DNA of 64,000 nucleotides. Source: Eukaryota sp. GEM-RC1. Taxonomy: Eukaryota. This document shows, in pieces, positions 35,310-46,497 of this stretch. A program made the position numbers and the translations under genes. Location of the stretch: contig JAUFOQ010000001.1 in the NCBI GenBank assembly GCA_040285855.1, positions 1,302,001 to 1,366,000 of the forward strand. The letters are read 5' to 3'. Below the pieces are notes generated by a model. That model saw only the letters and a list, made by a program, of their open reading frames with translations, ran no database searches and was not told where the DNA came from. Within the stretch, counting starts at the first letter, position 1; each line of letters begins with the position of its first letter.

Positions 35310-37140
35310 ATCAAACACGTTTCGTGTGTTGCTTAAAAACCTTCCTCAATTCATTTGCTCATCTCTTTGAAGTAGAGGTACAGTCTGCTTTCCTGATTGG
35401 TAAATTTAGAGTTGAATAATTTCTTTGTTTTTCATTTTATACGAGGATTGTAATTTCGGTTCTTCAATCACAGAGACTTTTGAATTCTTAAACAAATCTT
35501 TTAGCTTCTTTCCAAATCTTTTCGACGTTATGTACGTGTTCATTTGTCTTTTCAATGTTAACTTTGATATCAAACCCGAATAATGAAAGAAAGTTTTATT
35601 ATTTAATTGGGGAAATGCTAATTTTGATCCTTCTTTAAACAGAGTTTATTAGTGAAACTTATATGTCCGTTTTTGCCGGCAAAAGGCTGGATATGTTCTT
35701 CAATTGTAACAAAAATTTAGACACTAAAATAGGTTCGACTCAGCTGATGTGTACAAATTAATTGATCCATTTAAATAAGTATCTCGCAAGCCAGTCAAGT
35801 AATCTTACTACAATCGAAATCATTATACCACTTGTCTGTTCACTTCTGAATTGACAGCCTGAAGAGTATGTTCTGAATTAAGTGTTGGTAGAATTTCGTC
35901 AGTTTCCAAGAGCAAAAGGACGTTAGAGCTAGGTGAAGACACAACAAGTGGAAAATCAGAAAGAATTGAAGGGAATGATTGCCCCCAAAGTGTAAACATT
36001 GTAAGGAAAAAGGGGACAAAAAAAGCCATAAACTGAGTGCTTTTCAATGACAATTAACTGGGAGGAAAGAGGCATCAAAACTGTTTCGGACTACTTCTGG
36101 GGTAACGATAGTCCAGCTTTGCACCACCAAGAAAACCATTGTTGCAATACTAGGATTGTGGTAAATTTCCAGTACGAGTGGTTGGTGTATTTGGATCGGT
36201 AATCCAGACTTCGACTTCAACCAACTTCAATTTCAACAGCCGAAACCAGCCGGCTGTAATGAACAAGTAAGGTCACCTGTAATAACAAGGCAGACAAAGC
36301 CACGATAGGCAAAAAGTTTCTTTGTCAGTTTTGACGTGTGAAGAGTCAAAAGCCAAAAGCAATTTCTCATATTTAAACCGTGGAAAGATGCTTGGGTTAA
36401 AGACTGAATCGATGAGCTTGATGACTCGTGCCGAATTCATTACGACGATTGTGACTTTAACATAATGTATTCCCTCTTACAGACAGTACTGACTTCGTTG
36501 TTGTTGGGGTCAATAATTACAGGCTTAAGTTTGTCTCCTTATGTTCTTATCAGTATCAAGTAAGTCCAATGCCATGTGATTTAGGATCTCAGACTTCAAT
36601 TGTGCGAGTAAAGCATCATAGTCTTTTGTCCAAAGAATCTTCCTTGGTTTTCCACGACTGAGTTCATTGATAATAGCAGTCAAATTTGAATAATTAGGAA
36701 TCCATTCACGAACATCATTTAACGCACCAAGTTAACTTCTTACCTCATGTAAAGATGAAGGAGATCAACACGTTTCATGGGTTACATCAAAACCTTCCTC
36801 AACTACATTCTTTTAATAGATTACCAATACTGACACCACTAGATGTGTGGCAATCTCAATTTAGTTAATTCTTTTGATCATCTCTTTGGGGCAGATGTAC
36901 AGTCTGTTTTCTTGCACGTGATGGGGGAATTTAGAGTTGAATAATTTCTTTGTATTTTCACAAGATTTGAGAATTGGAATTAAAGTTTCTTGAGCACAAT
37001 CTTGGAATTCTTGAACAAGACTTTTATTTTGTTTCCAATTGAAATCTTTCTGCGGTTATCTACTTATTCATTTGTCTTTTTCTATGTTACTTTTGATTGC
37101 AAATCAGATATACTGAAAGAAAGTTTTAGTATTTTATTGA
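35310..37140. repeat. Diverged direct repeat pair (about 35310-35610 and 36765-37140) of decayed coding-like sequence
   Basis: Shared collinear blocks AACACGTTTC, AAAACCTTCCTCAA, TTTAGAGTTGAATAATTTCTTTGT, TTCATTTGTCTTTT, TGAAAGAAAGTTTTA. Confidence 0.6.
35705..36763 (+). mobile_element. 5' remnant of a short-LTR retrotransposon (putative 108-bp LTR at 35705-35812); inverted copy of 10218-11035
   Basis: Begins TGTAACA. Near-identical to the reverse complement of 10218-11035 apart from extra segments at about 35980-36075 and 36490-36645. Confidence 0.65.
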
Positions 37141-37194
37141 CAATACGGCATTCTTCATCATTTTTTATAAGATACATAGATTTTCGCTTCGCTT

Positions 37195-37290
37195 ATTAGA
37201 GTAACCTTGTAGATCGATTACTAGCTTTCTTAACGTTTGCAGCTCTCCTTTGTGACGAGACCATTGCTTTGATGGAAGTATGGGTTAGAA
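37195..37290 (-). mobile_element. Ty3/Gypsy integrase fragment
   Basis: Reads YFHQSNGLV / HKGELQTLRKLVIDLQGYSN across a deletion, matching FHQSNGLVERRHREVLQTLRRLLIDLQAHSN of the integrase at 39866-41122. Confidence 0.7.
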
Positions 37291-38069
37291 AAGGGTCCTG
37301 TAGTTAACCTTAAAGGAGGACTAAAACCTTATTATAGTAGGTTTTTAAACGTCCTTTCAAAAAGGACATCCTTTGTAATAATAAATTACTTTAAGGTACC
37401 TTGTCCCTGTTCAAAGAGACGCACAGGCTTTCCATGATTGGCGAACTCGGCCCATATAAATTTATTGTTATAAATCTCACTATTTACTGTTTTTATTTCA
37501 GCCATTTATATGTTATATATACATTATATGTATAGGTTATAAGTATTGTTGTGAATCTGTGAAGGTATTCCATAATTACCTACATGTTCAAAAGAAATGC
37601 ATAAACAACTTTTATGGCGTTCAGTTTCTGAAGTGTTACCAACATAGTAAACCTACTAAACGAGCATTCAAAGACTAGAATATACTTATATTCCTCTGAG
37701 TCTTGTTGGAGTGTTCTTGAGCTTTTTTCCATGTTAAGGTGATAAAACTCCTCTTCTTTAGTTTTGAAGGACTCAACGCTTTCCCCTTCAAATCTTGAAT
37801 TTGTTTTGATTCAGAAAGGGTTTTGAACTCAACCCGTTTTTTGTTTTAGACAAATGCACTCAAACTTTTCAGTTGATATACTTCTTGATTCAACGTCTGC
37901 GTAAGTACCTCCAGTTTATATTCATCTTTTTTTTGATGGATGTAACATGAGCATTTTGACCAGACTTCAGCCACTGTTTGAAGTCACGAGTCTGTCATAA
38001 CTTATGTCTTTGATTCTTTTACAGCTTTTCATGTCATTGATAAGTTGTCAATACAAATTTTGGATTGGT

Positions 38070-38340
38070 ACTAAATCAAGACAGTGGCTGACAATAACAA
38101 AGTCTTTACCATAGTGTACTGTAAGACCAATAAAGTTGGTACTGTTTCCAGCAGTACAGTCATCAGCTGTAACTGACACAGCATCTTCAGTCGCTAATCT
38201 TTCTGCAAGTTGAGCTTTATTGTTCTAATAGTTGAGCAAAAGTTTCACAATGTCTGATCACTTGGTACATTGAAGTCAGGATTATAGCTGTGAATCACGT
38301 TTGAAAATGAGTTGCCACAATCAGTCATCAACGATGGATT
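38070..38340 (-). mobile_element. Decayed hAT transposase fragment
   Basis: Manual translation: VIHSYNPDFNVPS ... AQLAERLATEDAVSVTADDCTAGNSTNFIGLTVHYG, matching the hAT first catalytic-Asp region (S-L-T-x-D-x-W-T...F-x-G-x-T-x-H). Confidence 0.65.
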
Positions 38341-38484
38341 GGGTTTTTATAAGATAGGAGAGCAAGGCTGATCTGTGAGATTTTTCAGGAGCCAAAAACG
38401 TTTTATTTTTGGCTTGTTCCACTCTGTACAAGGAAAGTGATTTATAACGAGCTAAATTTTCTTATAATGTGTACTATTTCTTCC

Positions 38485-38775
38485 TTATTTGAGAGAAGTA
38501 AGCGAGTTCGTAAAGTAACAAGACTTTTCTTTGTCTAGGACCATATTGACTTCATTATTTCTTCTGTGTGGACAATGAGATACAATAAGTCCACTTTCAT
38601 TACATCTAAAACAAAGTTGTATCTTGAAAGCATCTGATCTTCTGGCAGACTTGAGATCTAATAGCTTATCAACTGAGGAGGATAAACAAAAGGATGAGTG
38701 GTCGTTATTCGACTGGTAGGAGGATCTTTCCAGATCCAAAATACAATCGTAAAACATTGTACCATTAGGTGACAC
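38485..38775 (-). pseudogene. Degenerate zinc-knuckle (gag/ORF1-like) fragment
   Basis: CFRCNESGLIVSHC (His lost). Similar to 1194-1376. Confidence 0.5.
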
Positions 38776-39007
38776 TGGTAAAGTTCACAAGTGATCGATC
38801 AAAAGGATCCGTACACCCATCTAACACAAGGGAACAATACGGTTTCTTGAATAGTTGCTACTTAAGAAGAAAGAGGTTTTTGCAGGGCGAAACACATTTC
38901 TTCCACTAACGTTGTACGTAACTCGTCACGTGATGGAAGCTAGTATGAGTGTCTATATTTAATCAGAGACTGTAACATTTCGTGATACTCAGTAGAACGT
39001 GTAATGT

Positions 39008-39194
39008 TCAATAGAATTTTATGATGGACACCATTGGAATTTTGAAGACATTTGTTTTATAAGTAGCGTCCATAATTAAAGTAGAAGACAACCTTCGGGT
39101 TAATGTGATTGCTTCACAATGAAAAAAGTAGAGCAACAGTCGAGTCAGATTGTAAGTCGAAAGCATCTTTATCATCGTAATTAACGGGTCTTCA
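39008..39194 (-). mobile_element. MULE/Mutator transposase fragment
   Basis: TLIMDATYKTNVFKIPMVSII matches the MULE DDE-domain motif D-x-T-Y-K-T-N...P. It abuts the 3' LTR of the Gypsy element. Confidence 0.75.
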
Positions 39195-39324
39195 TGTAGG
39201 TCTTTGTGCACTAAAATGGTACATACTTGTAGAGGAGAACCTTTATAAGGGGAAGAACCTCTATAGATGTAAGGGGGAAGATAAAAAACCTAATATGAAA
39301 TTACACAAATCTACAACTACAACA
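39195..39324 (-). repeat. 3' LTR (130 bp)
   Basis: Element-sense TGTTG...CTACA. Differs from 45248-45376 by about 10 substitutions and 1 indel (manual count). Confidence 0.9.
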
Positions 39325-39339
39325 CTGCCTTTTCTTCTT
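39325..39339 (-). promoter_or_regulatory. Polypurine tract
   Basis: Element-sense AAGAAGAAAAGGCAG immediately before the 3' LTR. Confidence 0.8.
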
Positions 39340-39365
39340 ATTGGGTAATTCATATTAAAAATAAA

Positions 39366-41122
39366 CTAGTGAGATGTACGATTTCTTGTTTTCATACGAT
39401 GCTGATTTCGAGCTACAACAAGGGCGGACTTATGGTGTTGGGCTTTCCAAGCAGCGTCTAGTTTAGAGTTAGCACGGGCAGTTGCGGGACCTCTAGCTTG
39501 AGGAGGTTCATCAATGTACTTCCTGCGGTAAGCGTAGTAGGCGGCGGTATTCTCTACTGAGCGACCTTCCCAGGTAGTAGTACCATCTAGCCAGCGGACT
39601 AGGTACTTGGGGTCTTGCGGGGAGGTTAAGTCGTGAACGATGAGTTTATCAATGACAACTTCTTCTGAATCAGTAGCAGCATAGGCTTGTAGCACGTTCT
39701 CAGAGTGGTTTGTATGGCATTTCTTAACGTGATAAAGAGAGCATCTTACTGAGATTCCTGTGATTAGATTGCGGATGAGGCAATTAGAGGGATGATAAGA
39801 AACATCCTCAACAAGGTAGGGGCCAGTCCACTTTCCATGAGTCTTGGATGGGTGTTCACTGAGTTTCAAGACGAAGTCTCCTTGTTGGATATCGTCAATG
39901 AGTTTCTTGTTGGTAGCAGAGTTCCTGGAAAAAGGTGATCTTTTTTTTTGAGGTTGGAGGAGTTTTCTGCCTCTTTCCACTTGTTTAAGATCGTAGATGT
40001 CTTCTGTTTTAAGGCATCAACGTAAGAATTCTGCGGTAAGTGATCGTCCAGGGTACAGTTCTGGATTACTTGGAGAGGTAGTTGTCGGGGGTCGGTTTTG
40101 GAACCGAAGATGAGCTCGAAGGGAGTGAAGTTGGTAATCGAACTGGTTCTGGTGTTCAGGATCAGTTGGGTGATGGGTATGTATGTGCTCCAGTTTGAGT
40201 GGGCTTGGAGATCAATTAGCAGGCGGCGAAGGGTTTGCAGTACTTCACGGTGTCTTCTTTCTACTAGACCATTTGATTGATGGAAGTTGGGGGTTGAGAA
40301 TTTTTTCTCGATGTTTAGAAATAAACATAAGTTTTTGTTGACGGCATTAGCGAACTCCGGGCCGTTGTCACTCAGGATTTGTGAAGGGATCCCGTAGTTT
40401 CCGACTACGTTCCAGAGAATGGAGTAAGCTACTTCCTGGGCGTTGAGGATTTTGAGGGGTACAAGAATGGGAAACCTGGAGAAGGAGCACACAAATACTA
40501 AGATGTATTTGTAATCTTCTGAATCAGGGGAAAGCGGTCCAATCACGTCGGCATGTAAGCATTGGAAAGGGCGGTCTGACCATAGGTTTCCAGAGGAAGG
40601 AAGCTTCAGTTCCGGGACAGGGGCGGTCTTTTGGCACGGGATGCAATTTTTTACGTGGACCTTCATATCGTAGATACAGTTAGGCCACCAATAATCGCTT
40701 CTCATTAGAGCAGAGACAGAGTCTTTCTTGGATGGGTGTCCTGCTCTAGTGGATCCGTGGATAGTTAGCAGCAAATGTCGTTTCAGGGAGTCAGGAATAA
40801 CGAACTTCTTCTTTCTGTGATTCCAGGTCAGAATATAAGTTTTATCGTTGGCTGTCATAGAGATAAGCTCTGTGTCGGTGGTCATGGTGATGTCATTTTC
40901 TTTAGTAGCTTGTTCTTGTTCTTGGGATAGTAGTTTCAACCAATCGTTGAACACATGGCTGGGGTCGGGGATCTGCGTCCAAGTGATCTCTTCGGGGAGA
41001 TCACTGTCAGAGCAACTCAGGGGGTTGTGGGACAAGGGGTCAATAGTTAACCGTTCGGCGAACAGGTTATCCTCATCAATTTCAGGTTCAATAGCTCTTG
41101 CGTCATCGAGGGTGGCAATCAT
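39366..41122 (-). pseudogene. Integrase (HHCC, DDE, GPY/F) plus chromodomain; frameshift in the T-run near 39945
   Basis: HGSTRAGH...CIPC; LHADVIG / LSDNGPEF / GLVERRH; KWTGPYLV; EEVVIDKLIVH...KYLVRWLDGTTTWE. Confidence 0.92.
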
Positions 41123-41990
41123 GATGTCAAAGGGGCCTCGTCAGGGTGAGCGGGGTCAGTACAGGGGCTGTAGTATCCGGCGTTGTCGTGAATACCTACA
41201 TGGTCAAAGTTCGGAGGAGCTAGGGGAATGTCCGTTCTAGGCTTAATGTTGATATTAATTGGAGGGTTCCAGGGGCCAGGCAGCTCGTTGCCTCGGTTGT
41301 CAAAAGGCGCGTGTCCTTGGGAGATTCTCCAAGGAATTGTTCGTACAGGTCGTCTTCGTCTTCCGAAGAGACTGAGATTATGGCAGAGGATGAGGCGGAG
41401 TTTGTGATTTTTAGGAATTCGGCGGTGTCATGGATCAAGTGTGGAAAAAGGCGGTAGCTAGCACCGATCGCTTCGATCGATGGCAGATCTTCAAGCATTG
41501 GGGAATGCTCATCATCTACGATGACGATGGGAGACTCATCAGAGCTACTGAGATCTATATGATCTGGTACGTCAGTCATATAGATACGAAATTCATCATC
41601 TGAGTCGGTAGAGGGCAGCTGACACATGTGTCCATCCTCGTCAATGAAGAGACCATTTCCTCTCAGGTGATCATGGAAATCATGGTCTTCTCTATCATCT
41701 TCAACTAGGGCTTTGGCAGCATCTCTTTCCAGTTGCAGGCGGAGTTCTTCGTCAGCGGATTCTTTGATTTCAGCTTCTACGGCGTCTATGTATTTCTGTT
41801 GTTGTTCATGAGCTTCCATGAAGGCGTCTTTTCTATCCCAAAAAGCTGCACTTGTTCCTCTCGGCTGAGTCCATCACAATCTTTGTCAAATTGTCGCATC
41901 ATCCGCGTCGACGTTTGGAACGTTGCTCCAGAAGCCCTGTTTGAAACAGGTCCCGAGGGTTGATGAGAAGTCTGTGGGGAGGATAACCTA

Positions 41991-43683
41991 CTATCCTCCA
42001 CCATCATGTGTCTCCCCCTCGACTGCGACCGGCACCGTAGTCGAACACATCAGAACGCTAGAATTAACGGCGGAAGGTTCAGGGAAACAGCGAGAGAGTA
42101 AGTCAGCGAAGTGGTTGTCTTCACCGGCGGTGTGAACTAATTCGAATTCAAAATTGGCTAAGATGGGAATCCAACGAGTAACGATTCTGTTCTTCTCAGG
42201 AGCTGAAATTAGGTAAGACAAGTTTTTGTGGTCACAAAACAGAGTGAACCGTTTGGTTAAAATGAAAGAAGATAAGGGAGAAAGAGTTAGGGTGGCGAGG
42301 ATTGCGTATAATACTTTCTGGATGGTGGGCCAGTTCTTCTGGCTGTCTGTGAACTTCTTGCTGTAAAAACAGAGAGGTCTGGTTTTCCTTTCAATAAGGG
42401 GGGTTCCAGCCGGGCAGTCTTCAATTTGTTCCCAAATGATTCCGAAAAACCCTACTTCTGAGGCATCGGTGGAGATCAAAATGGTAGCCTTATCGTCAGG
42501 CAGGTTCAAGGGTATGTTACTGGAAATTAGCTTTAAGATTTCTTTGAAGCAAGTTTCGGTTTCGGCGGTCCAGATGATTTTGTTGGTTTTCCTCAACAGG
42601 TTGGAAATTCGTTCCAGTACAGAAGCCAGGTTGGGGATCCAGTCCCTAATGAAGTTGATGGATCCAACGAAACTTCGAACTTCCGATAAGGTCTTAGGTC
42701 TCGGGAGTGAGCAGATAACTTGAATTCGATCTGGGCTGATTGATCGTTGAAAATTGTGAAAAACGCAACCTAAAATCTCAATTTTGCTCTTGAAAGTAAT
42801 AGAATCGCATTTTCGGAGGCCAAATCTAACTCGTTTGTCACGAGCTTTCAATAGAATTTTTCTGAGTTTAGACAGTAGATTTGAGAAGTCTTCAGAACAT
42901 ACGATTATGTCATCGATGTAGATAAAAACGTCTTCATCGGCGAAGAATGAGACCATTAAATTTTGTAAGAATGCTGGGACATTTTTCAGTCCAGAAGCAG
43001 CACGGGTGAAAGAAATAGAACGTCCAGGCATGGATAGCGAAGCTTTCTTCACGTCATCTGGGTGAAGTTTGACTTGCCAGAAGGCCTTAGGCAAGTTGAG
43101 AGTAGCGATGTATTTTGCCTTAGACAGGACAGGTAGGATATCAGCAATTTTTGGCAAATCGGCTTCCAGGGTCAGGAGAGAGGTCATTGATTCCATTCTT
43201 GCCACTGAAATCACCGTTCAATCGGGGAGCTTTGTCAGTGTAGGTCACTAGGCAGATGGGCGAGGACCACTTGGTTTCGTTTGGGATGGCAAAGTTCTTT
43301 TTGAGCAGGTCATCAAATTCATTGTTAGCAATCTCTAATTTCTCAGGGCTAAGGTTCCTAGGAGGGCGACTCACAATTCGGGATTCATCGGCAAAGGGGA
43401 TTCTCATAGGCTCGCAGTCAATTCCATCTGGGTGTGGCAGGTCACTGAAAACGTCACTGAATTCAGCAAGGAGATCGATTAAAGTTTCTTTCTCGGTGGG
43501 GGGAAGCTCAATTCCGGTTTTCTTCTGTTCGAGTTGTTGCTTAAATGAGGAAATCGAAGAACTAGGATTAGTAGCAAACACTTCAGAGGGAGCAGTCATG
43601 TACTGGTCAAAAGCAGTTTCAGCAGAGATAAATCTTCGATGTTCTTCATCGAGTTTTATGTAAACACCATTGGCATTCATCAA
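41991..43683 (-). pseudogene. Reverse transcriptase - RNase H; frameshift near 43175
   Basis: WSSPICLV, LPKAFWQ, GLKNVPA, FIYIDDIIV, VRSFVGSINF, STDASEVG, FCDHKNL, NHFADLLSR. Confidence 0.92.
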
Positions 43684-43699
43684 ACCCAGTCACAACCGA

Positions 43700-45277
43700 T
43701 TAAAAGCTGGTTGTGGCCAGGTAGAATAGGTAAGGTGGACTTCAGGTGAACCTTCTTAGCTGGGCCCTCAAAAAGAAAAAGTGAGGTAATAACCACAAGC
43801 AAGTCCGGGGGAGTAAATCATGGACTGATTAGCAAGGTAGATGGGAATTTGTGTTTCAGAAATTTCCATGTTGGCGGCTGAGGCGATATCTTGGGTGATA
43901 CAAGAAGTCTTAGCGGCAGTATCAATGGTACCCATGGTAGGTACTCCATTGATTGTAAGGTTGATTTTTAGGAAATCATTTTTGTTGGAAAGTTTAGGAG
44001 AAGAAGGGGCTGAAGTTGGGTGAGTGGATACTGCATTAACAGAATTACTCTGTGAATCATCAATCCCAAGGTCTACAGGGAGACAGAGGGGAATGTGATC
44101 CACGAATTCTGGGGCAGGTAAAGAGGTATCTACTGCGTTGACTTGACGTTGGTTAGAGGAGCGGGTATTAGGTCGACGATTAATGGTGAAATCTCTGGAG
44201 CCTGTACGATGGACAGGCTGGCTTCGTGACTGGTCTCTTGGAACGCTTCGTGGGGGATTTTCTCGAGCAGGGGGGTCTAGGGGAGCGATTTTGTTGAGCA
44301 GGGTATTGAGGAGTGGATAAGGGGCGGTGAAATCAACTTGCTCGGCAGCTGGGATCTGGACAGTCGGCTTTGACATGTCCCGGTTCCTTGCAGTAAGCGC
44401 AAGTGAGGTGAGAAGAGGAGGAGTGAGAGGGTCTAGAGGAGCGAGGTTGAGTTCTGGGTTGTCGGTTTGATGTACGATTGGGAGCTGGTTGCTGAGAACG
44501 GGGTTCTTCAAGGGAATAGGAGAGTTGCATAGCTGCAAAAAGTTGACGAGTGAGGCTTAAGATTTCATCAAGAGAAGTGATCCTCCCATTTTTAAACGAG
44601 GAGAAAACACGAGACGAGACCGAGGAGGGAGTGATACCTTTGATGAAAGAGGACAAGAAGTGATCTTCTTTATAGATCAGGTGAGAGATTTGTTTCTTTA
44701 GGTCTTGAAACCTCAAGACGTAATCGGCTAGACGCATGGAAGACTCTTTGATGGTGGAGTCCATAATAATCGTCGATATCAGGCGGTCGGCGAGAGCTTC
44801 ATCGTGAATGAGAGAGTTAGAGTAAGCCCAAGCAAGGAGTCGTTCGTTGTCTTCTTCCGCTTCAGGGCAGAGAAGAGGAATGGCGGATAAAAGTCGGGGG
44901 CTAATAAAGCGTCGGATAACAGGGATAAGAGAGTTCATCTCTGGCGGGACAGAGACTTCGGATGTGTCGGGACAGAACTGTAGCATAGGAGAGCGAACAA
45001 TTCTGGAGAGAGGAGCGGGACCTTCTCCTTGAGCAGCTTCGTTACCGTCGTCTTCAGATTCGGTAGCGGACTCGAACTCTTCTTCGACTTCGGCGACAGC
45101 AGGGCGGGACAATGCTTCCGAAGCTCGGATGGCAGCAGCGTAAGCTTGGAGGTCATCCAGAAACTTACAAGACTCAAGACGGGAGGTTCCGTTCAGGAGT
45201 GGAGCTGAGAATGAGTTGGTTGGTTGGGGATTGCCCACAGTAATTACTGTTGGTCTTTGTCCACTAAAATGGTACAT
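43700..45277 (-). pseudogene. Gag (CCHC knuckle) and aspartic protease
   Basis: Knuckle CAYCKEPGHVKADC. Protease FLKINLTINGVPTMGTIDTAAKTSCI. The gag frame is interrupted by TGA at 44333-44335. Confidence 0.88.
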
Positions 45278-45376
45278 ACTTGTACAGGAGAACCATTATA
45301 AGGAGAAAAACCTCTATAGATGTAAGGGAGAAGATAAGAACCCAATATGGAATTACACAAATCTACAACTACAACA
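45248..45376 (-). repeat. 5' LTR (129 bp), containing the first ATG of the gag ORF
   Basis: Element-sense TGTTG...CAACA (5-bp terminal inverted repeat). The ATG at 45277 lies 30 nt inside the LTR end. Confidence 0.9.
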
Positions 45377-45954
45377 TTAGTGCAGAAAAACGAACAATAG
45401 TAATTACAACCTCTCTTTATGGAAAAATGTATATTAAAGTAGTTAAATATGCTTTCGCAATAAAAAAGACTACTATTTGTAGTTGTTTTTGCGACACACG
45501 CGCAGAGTCAGCAGCTTCTACCATATAGCTTAATCGATCGTCCACTGATACAAATATGGTAGTCCTTGATATTGACAAGAGCATTCTATAACAGCATCAT
45601 CGATCTCTTCGTACTGTTGCTGATGTCATCTCTTTATCTTTGGAGCTACCAACACTGCATCATCTTTTGCTCTATGATTTAAGATTCCACTTATTGTGAA
45701 TATTGAGAGCGGTTTTAGGAGATTGACTTTAGCTCAAACACCAAGATCACGGCAGGTGTATTTAGCATTGAGACCTTTTGTTAATCCAATTATTGTATAA
45801 GTTTCTTCTTGTGATGACTTGAATGTTTCACTGTATTCAAAAGAGAAAGATGACGTGTGTTTTCACTTTTTAAACATTAATTATCGATATGCATATCAAT
45901 AGTACTTGAAAATGTGTTTATTGTTCTATAGAAACCCTGTAAAGCAAGTGCAAA

Positions 45955-46104
45955 ATTTCTCGATAACTCGAATTTTCATGCAAACATCTTCTAATCCCGA
46001 GATTTGTCATATATTTTGACGGCAAAAACTTGATATCGGAGAAAGTGTTCAAGATATTCAGAGATTCGAGTTAGCGAGCTTCGGCGTATCGAGAGTTGAC
46101 TATA
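45955..46104. mobile_element. Single end of a pogo/Tigger-like MITE (partial)
   Basis: The right end ATTCGAGTTAGCGAG...ATCGAGAGTTGACTA-TA resembles the AGTTGACTG-TA terminus at 3583-3593. An inverted internal motif CTCGATAACTCGAAT lies near 45960. Confidence 0.5.
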
Positions 46105-46497
46105 ATTCAGAAAATGAAAGATAGTAAATACACCACAACATCACGAGAATTATTTTTACACAACATGGCATAAATGGAACTTAAATACTTGGGAATGCTT
46201 CTTTAAAGAGCAAATATAATTCGATTATTCCATACAGCACCATTAAAACCGTGTCATTAGAATGACATAAAAGATTAAAATCGGTGCAAAATTTTAAACC
46301 TGTTGGACCAAGAACTATCAAAAATTGAAATTCGAATTAATTAAAAGAACTTGTTTATACACAGTTCTACTAGAGCAACTGTTGTCCAAAAACTTGGAGT
46401 AAACAAATAGCTATAAACATCTGTATTTTCAAAATACAGACGACTTGAATTCCAATAATTTTTTGCTGGAATTCCAAATTTCCTTTTCCCTTTTATC

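Larger units (their letters stand above)
39195..45376 (-). mobile_element. Near-complete, inactivated Ty3/Gypsy LTR retrotransposon with integrase chromodomain (chromovirus-like), 6182 bp
   Basis: Two direct LTRs. Domain order gag-protease-RT-RNase H-integrase-chromodomain. Polypurine tract before the 3' LTR. Multiple frameshifts and catalytic substitutions. Confidence 0.95.

Noticed and set aside
41991..43214. RT as the enzyme of a diversity-generating retroelement acting on the SPRY genes
   Set aside because: It is an ordinary Ty3/Gypsy RT-RNase H between protease and integrase inside LTRs and is catalytically mutated. No template repeat was found.
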